Positions 56,943 through 64,000 of a stretch of DNA of 64,000 bases are shown here, in pieces. The position numbers were made by a program, and so were the translations under genes. The first letter of the stretch is position 1; each line of letters begins with the position of its first letter. Source of the stretch: Proteromonas lacertae (taxonomy: Eukaryota); the NCBI GenBank assembly GCA_002245135.1, contig NGBS01001165.1, positions 124,001-188,000 on the forward strand, given 5' to 3'. Under the pieces are notes generated by a model. That model saw only the letters and a list, made by a program, of their open reading frames with translations. It was not told where the DNA came from and did not search any database.

Positions 56943-57985
56943 TTATTCATTATCTTCATTACCATTATCTAAATGTAAATCTGGATGTTTCTTCGAAAAA
57001 TATACTCCTTTCTTATGAAAATGATTTAATAACTTCTGAAAATCACTAACAGTTAATTCTGCTGCTCTCTTTTTATCCATATTCATCTCACTTAATACTT
57101 CATCAATTACTTTATCAATTTCATTTGGATTAAACAATTTATCAGGAGATGCACAAGATGTTAAAAAACTGTGGTTATGAAAAAGATTTTTCAATAATTT
57201 GTGTTTTCTGTTAAAACAAATAGTTAAGAACTTTTCATATTCTGGTATAAATATATCACATTTTTCAGTATGTTGAATTAATTTCACAAATCGACTATCT
57301 ACTTTTGGCTGTGGTCTAAAGTTTTGTCGTGTTACTTTGATAATTGATCGAACTGTTACAAATGTTTGAGCCATAACTGAGATTCTTCCGTAAAATTTTG
57401 AATTTGGTGAAGAAAAGAGTCTTTGTGCAAATTCTTCTTGTAATAGAATTGTTGCATATTTCCAGTTAAATTGAGCTTTTAATAATTGCATTATTAATGG
57501 AGATGATATTTGATATGGAATATTTGCTATAAATACATCGAATTTGGGTAAATCAATTGATAATATATCTTTATTGACAATTGTTATTTTGTCTGACATT
57601 TTTAGATTATCCATTCTTACTTGTAATTCTTTAATCATGTTTGGATCTACTTCCACACAAGTCTAATTTTTATCATAATGTTAATTATACAATATGATTA
57701 AACTTTTCTGCTAGTTTTGCTGTTAAATTACCTGTTCCTGAGCCAACTTCTAAAACTTGATCATCGGGAGAAGCATAAATAGTTAAGAAAAAAATATATA
57801 AAGTGAATAATACAACAAAAAGATATTTCACATTTCTTTAAAACTGTATCAATAATTCCTGGATTTATTAGAATATGTTGTCCTAATGCCTTAGTCAATT
57901 TATCAGCTCTCATATGCCTTACATAGATATTTATATTTCCATTTCTATATATATTTAAAGAATTATTGACTATTTTTCTAAACAT
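56943..57985 (-). CDS. rRNA adenine dimethyltransferase (KsgA/Dim1 family), probably organellar
   Basis: LGQHIL, VLEVGSGTGNLT, ANIPYQISSP, FRPQPKVDS; presequence-like N-terminus. Confidence 0.93.
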
Positions 57986-58020
57986 AATTCAAACCTCATC
58001 ATCAAGCTTATTTTTTCATC

Positions 58021-59402
58021 ATGTCTGAAAAAACATTTGAACAGCTTGGTTTATGTGAATCGCTTTGTAAATCAGTAAAAGCATTAGGCTGGGATACACC
58101 TTCTGCTATTCAAAGAGAGGCTTTACCAGTAGCCTTTGAAAAGAAGGATTTGATAGGTTTAGCTGAGACAGGTAGTGGTAAAACTGGTGCATTTGTCCTT
58201 CCAATATTACAATCTCTGTTAGATGATCATCAACGATTATATGCTTTAATCTTGACACCTACAAGAGAATTGGCTTTTCAAATTGCTGAACAAATACAAG
58301 CATTAGGCTCTTCAATCGGTGTAGTAACAACAGTTATTGTAGGAGGTGTAGATATGATGACACAAGCCATTTCTTTAGCTAAAAAGCCACATATAATAAT
58401 AGCTACACCAGGAAGAATAGTTGATCATTTAAAAAACACAAAAGGATTTAATTTAAGACAAATAAAGTATCTAGTGTTAGATGAAGCTGATAGAATGTTA
58501 AGCTTAGATTTTGAAGAAGAAATCAACCATATATTATCCGTCATACCATCAGAGCGACATACTTATCTATTCAGCGCAACAATGACACAAAAAGTGGAGA
58601 AATTACAAAGAGCGTCATTACAAAATCCTGTAAAAATTGAAGTTTCTACCAAATATCAAACCGTTGATTCATTAATACAACATGTATTCACTAATTATTA
58701 ATTATTATTATTTTTATCATATAGTATATATTCATCCCTGCCAAATATAAGGATTGTTATCTAGCATATATATTGAATGAACATGCAGGTGAAACTTCAC
58801 TCATTTTTGTCTCAACTTGTAGTGCAGTTCAAAGAATTACTTTAATGTTACGTAATTTAGGATTTCATGCAGTTTGTTTACATGGACAAATGAATCAAGT
58901 ATTATATTATATTATATATATATTAAATTGTAATTATAGACTAAACGTTTATCTTCCTTCAATAAATTCAAGAATGGTAGTTCCAATATCCTCGTCGCTA
59001 CTGATGTAGCATCTCGTGGTTTAGATATTCCCAGCGTTGATTGTGTATTTAACTATGACATACCTTCAAATGGTAAAGATTATATTCATCGAGTAGGAAG
59101 AACAGCAAGAGCAGGAAGAACAGGAAAAGCAATAAACTTTGTAACACAGTATGATGTAGAAACATATCAAAGAATAGAACATTTAATAGGCAAGAAATTA
59201 GATAAATATGTATGTGAAGAAGAAATGGTGTTAGTTCTGTTGGATAGAGTTACTGAAGCTCAAAGAATTGCTCAAATACAGTTGAAAGAAGTATATTATT
59301 TTGTATTTATATATATGCATTTTATAGAGTAATGATAAGAAGAAGAAAAGAGGTTTTGATGAAAAGGTGAATGAACAAAAACCGAAAAAGAGAAAGCTTT
59401 AA
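58021..59402 (+). CDS. DDX47: DEAD-box helicase DDX47/Rrp3
   Basis: [51 protein letters not shown]. Confidence 0.95.
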
Positions 59403-59777
59403 TTTGTCATTTGATTTTTATATATTTGTTTTGTAATAATATTATGTTTTTTTCGCTGTTATATCAAAAGAGCAAATAATAACAGATTCTGACAAAAGCA
59501 CTCATAGGATTCCGTTTATTTTATTCTCAATACATTTATATTGAAGTATAGATTATTTTATATTCTTGCACAGAAAAGGGTTTTTAAATCTCAACTTTTG
59601 TTCTCCCATGATTTTATCATCTAAATCATCTTAAAATACAAAAAAGGTGAATAAAATTTCGAAGAAATAAAATATTGATGGTGTTCAACAAAGGTTAGAC
59701 AATAAAAAATAAAAATAAAATAGTCGTTTTATTCTAATCTTTTTGTTTTATTTTATGAATTTTTTCTTTTAGTTTAT

Positions 59778-61757
59778 ATGATAACTAACAAACCATTATC
59801 TACAGGCTCAGACCTATCCCCAAGTGACTGTATATTTTAAATTTATGGATTATTAGCTTCATCAGATAACAACCTCAAATTTGAAGGTGAAAATAATAGT
59901 ACAAACTCAAATAGACACCACAATCACGTAACAAGAGCAGATTTTGTTTTTGGAGAGACTATAGGCAAAGGATCATATGCTTGTGTATGAATTTAAATTT
60001 TAATATTATATCCTAGATTAAAATATGTTATAGTAAATCAAATGATCAAGAATATGCTGTTAAAATCATGGATAAACAATTTTTGAGAAAAGTATATTAG
60101 CATACAATTCTAATGTTATAGGAACATGCAACGAAGTATGCTATGGTAGAAAGAGAGGTTTTAAGTAAAATAAATTACCCATTGATCCTATCTCTTTACT
60201 ATTCATTCCAAGACGATAGATATCTATATATGGTAATAGAATTATGTCGCAGAGGTTCATTAAAAGACGTAATAGAAGAACACTTTCAAAATACACATAA
60301 ACCACTCTCTTCACAAATTATACAATTTTACACTATGGAAATGATTTTAGCTCTTCAAAAACTACATAATACATACGATGTAGTTCACAGAGACTTTAAA
60401 CCAGAAAATGTGTTAATATCTTCTTCAGGTCATATCCGTATATCCGATTTTGGTACTGCTTTAGTGAATCAAAAAGCCAAAAGTTATAGAAAAATTAATT
60501 ATTCGTTTTGTGGTACTGCTCAGTATGTATCTCCAGAATTACTGAAAGACGAGCCTATAGGACCAGCTTGTGACTTATGGGCTTTAGGATGTATAATATA
60601 TCAATTATATTACGGAAAATCACCATTTTATGCAGAAAATGAATATTTAATATTTGATAGAATTTTACAATATGATGATAATAATAAATTCAATATTTTT
60701 CCATCTAACAATTTACCTCCACAACCATTACAAGATCTGATATTATCGCTGTTAAAAGTAGATCCTTTTAAACGACTAGGATCTAGCGAAGAAGAAGAAA
60801 AAGAAGAAGGAGAAGGAGAAGATTCAACCAATAGTTTTTCAGCATTATTATCTCATCCATTTTTCACAGAATATAATCAATCAACAATAATCAATACAGA
60901 ACCACCATTATTACCATTAGAAACAATAACAACAACAATCTCTAAAGATTCAATAGACAATATTGATGAAGATTATTCATTAGAAGATAATGCAGTTCCT
61001 GTACAATTACACTTATTAGATTTAACCTCATCTTCATCATCTTCAACATCTTCACATTCATCTAATCAAGTAGATGATTCACCTTCTGGAAAATCTCCAC
61101 TCATATTTTCATCATCTACTGATAATTCACCTTTATTAAAACCATCAAATTCTATTAAAACAACAAAATCAAGTTTTAATATTCGTAATAACAACCACAA
61201 AAACAATAAAATATCACATTCTCATAGTTTATCAGTTTCTTCAATGCCTTTAATGAATTCTATTCCAATTACATCATCTTCAACAGCTCCAACTTCCACC
61301 TCCAATTCAATTAAAACACAACAACAACAACAACAACAACATGTAAAGAAGTCAATAAGAAGACGAACACCTCAAACCACAGGCTCAGGATGATGATTAT
61401 GATGAAGATGAGAATAACAATGAAGAAAATAAACAATGGAAAGGTTTTCTAAATACAGATGAAATGATTGTACTGAATTCAGCTATTTGGAAGAAGAAAA
61501 CATTCAGAACAGTTAAGAGACAATTGATATTAACAGATTATCCACGAATTATAGTGATTGATCCACATAAGATGATGATTACCAAAATTATCACTTTTGA
61601 AGTTCCTTTAGTTGTTACAATGAAGAGTTTAAGAGCATTTGATTTAAAGACAAGGACGAGATTGTATCATTACACAGATTGTGCTGGACATCCAGAAAAA
61701 TGGAAAAATGCAATAGATGCTATGAATGTTCAAGTATTTAACAATAAAACTGTATAA
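59778..61757 (+). CDS. PDPK1: 3-phosphoinositide-dependent protein kinase 1 with PH domain
   Basis: DFVFGETIGKGSY, HRDFKPEN, SFCGTAQYVSPELL, C-terminal KRQLILTDYPRI. Joined by putative intron 61343-61382. Confidence 0.9.
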
Positions 61758-61930
61758 TGTAACAATATTTTAATAGCATTTATTGTATTTTTTGTTTTTA
61801 AAGAAGTATTTTTTTATGCGATTTTAGAATTTATATATTTATTTCATAAATGAAACATTTTGATATAAAAATTTAAAACCAAGATTTTCATATAAAATTC
61901 CACTATACCATATTTACTGATTTATTTTAA

Positions 61931-63187
61931 TTAACAACGAGTAATTTGTGACAAATCACTTACACCAGCTGTATTTTGTACTCTACCAGCAGCACCTAAA
62001 CCATGACCATCAGCACCAAATCTTGCCTTGTGAGCACCAGTATATTGTGAACTATCAGTTAATTTGTCGAAAATGCTTCCCTTTGTCTTAGCATTTGTAC
62101 CACTAGACATTGGACCAGCACTCTTTAAGATTTTAGCTTTAACTAATTCAAATCCTTCATCTGGTGATTTATCTGGGTGTAACTTCTCAGCAGCCATATA
62201 AATAGCTTTTTCGAATTGTTCATAGGTAATTTTACGTTGTCCTTGTAATTTCACCTTTGAGAAGATCAAATCAACACCAGTTGCACTTAAAGCGCTGTTA
62301 ATCAATTTACAATCTCTGAATAATTTAGCGAATTTAGCATTATCCATCTCTGGAGCAGCACCTCTAGCACCAAATGCACAGAAATTATTGAATGCATCTT
62401 TCAATGAGTTAGCGCTTTCACCTACTGGCTTAGCTTTAGTAGCACTTGTTCTGGATGTTCTCTTTGGAGCTGGAGCAGCGGATGGACTTACAACTGTAGC
62501 ATCAGCACCTGCAGCAACAGCTTGTGCTCCTGTAGCTGGTTCATAAGCAGTAGCAGCAGCAGCAGCACCTCCTTGTGGTGGTGGAGCAATACCTGGAGCA
62601 GATTGGCAAACAGCAACTGATGAAGATGCAGCTGTGGCTGTTGGAATACCTTGAGCTTTTGGACCTAAGTTATTACGGGTAATTTGTGATAAATCAGAAA
62701 TACCACCTGTATTATCAACACGACCAGCAGCACCCATACCATGACCACTTTCATCGAATCTTGATTTGTGAGCACCGGTATATAATGATGTATCTGTTAA
62801 TTTATCTAAAATGCCACCTTGATCAGCTTTCACTGAGTTGGTTACTGGACCATGACCAGCACAAATAGCATTGATCAATTGGTTTTGAGCTTGTTCTGGA
62901 TCAACTCCTGGATATTTCTTTGCAGCCATTTGTGGAATAGACTTGTTTAAGAATTCATTAAAACCGATTTTTCTCATTCCTGGAGCTTTTGATTTAGTAA
63001 AGATAAGATCAATATCAGTTTTTGTCAATTTCTTATCTAATATCTTTGTATCTCTTGCAAGCTATGGATTATAATCTAGATGTTGATATACCTTTGCGAA
63101 TTTTGCATTATCTAATTGATTATCACCACCGCCTCCTGCACCAAAACTAGCGAAGCCAATGAAGATTTGTTGAAGCTGTTGTTCCAT
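61931..63187 (-). CDS. TPPP/p25-alpha protein with two tandem p25-alpha domains
   Basis: Two copies each of DNAKFAKL.RD..DLIF.K.K and LTD.S.YTGAHK.RF...GHG.GAAGRV; one intron near 63063-63091. Confidence 0.93.
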
Positions 63188-63747
63188 TTTTTAGATACGA
63201 TTAATTAGCCAATCAAATAATTTCTAGAAAGTAACGACTTTTAACCGAAAGATGTCAAATACGATTGTAATGATTGTAAAGCACATGTCACGATTGTTTA
63301 TCGATTGTTAATTCTATGCATCAGTTATACATTATAAACAAATCATTCGATGAAAATGTTAAGAATAAATGATGTAATGTGATTACTTTCTTGTTATACA
63401 AGGACATTTGATTTTGTTATGTATAGTTTTTCTGATTAATCTGAATGAAGTTATTGTTTTATATTATTTTTGATGTAGGAAGTATTTAATCCTATTGCAG
63501 CATTTCAAATTGATTTTGCATTTCGAGAAGAATGAGTTAATAGAAATAATTGTGATAAAAGTATCTAGATAATAACATTTCTGTTTTTAGATCCATAAAA
63601 AAAAGCATTCAATCTTATATTTAGAGAAATAAATAACATAGATTATCAATTAATGATTACTAGGAGAGTTTTCTGGATATACTCTACTACGATTCATAAA
63701 TAATATGCTTCTACTAATACTCTTCTTTGATAAATCTGTATTGATAA

Positions 63748-64000
63748 TTAATTTTGAAGTTTTTGATACATATATCCCATAGAATTTGGGTAAAACACTA
63801 AGTTAAAGTTACTACACAATAACAATAATATAATAAAAAAGATATGCATAGACATTATAGTTTGAAGAATTCCTAAAACAGTTAATCCAATTGAACAAAC
63901 GTAACTCTTCACTATCACATCATCAGTTATTTGACCAATGAAAAAAATAGTTATTATAACAACCAGTACAAAATAGGAATTAAGAAAAACATCTTTCAAT
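63748..64000 (-). CDS. Partial hydrophobic ORF, possible membrane protein
   Basis: Hydrophobic open frame running off the window edge. Confidence 0.3.
   Translation of the reverse strand, partial: LKDVFLNSYFVLVVIITIFFIGQITDDVIVKSYVCSIGLTVLGILQTIMSMHIFFIILLLLCSNFNLVFYPNSMGYMYQKLQN

Overview
Very AT-rich, gene-dense eukaryotic nuclear DNA with many ~28-40 nt GT..AG introns. The fused SufCB gene and short introns point to Blastocystis or a close Opalinata relative (inference). About 18.2-63.2 kb is mostly conserved housekeeping genes: SLC25 carrier, POT1-like, SufCB, RRF, ERD2, cofilin, ERCC6/CSB, SIN3-like, DIS3, SHAQKYF Myb, Arc1/AIMP1-like, CFAP410, AlaRS, Mei2-like, Tim17 family, LRR protein, DIM1/KsgA, DDX47, PDK1 and TPPP. 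A decayed CACTA-like transposon sits at ~34.2-36.7 kb. The first 18 kb is accessory-like: a frameshifted Ig-repeat surface protein gene, then two diverged, oppositely oriented two-module Crinkler/RHS-like cassettes (P-loop NTPase + PD-(D/E)xK-like nuclease) on either side of a C2CD5 gene. The second cassette (12481-17825) is bracketed by a 227/228-bp near-perfect direct repeat of the C2CD5 3' end. It looks like a recent insertion of an intron-containing element with no TIRs, no reverse transcriptase and a very long target duplication, and is the best candidate for an undescribed system. Several homopolymer frameshifts, including in housekeeping genes, suggest assembly indels. All homology calls are by-eye motif recognition; no searches were run.
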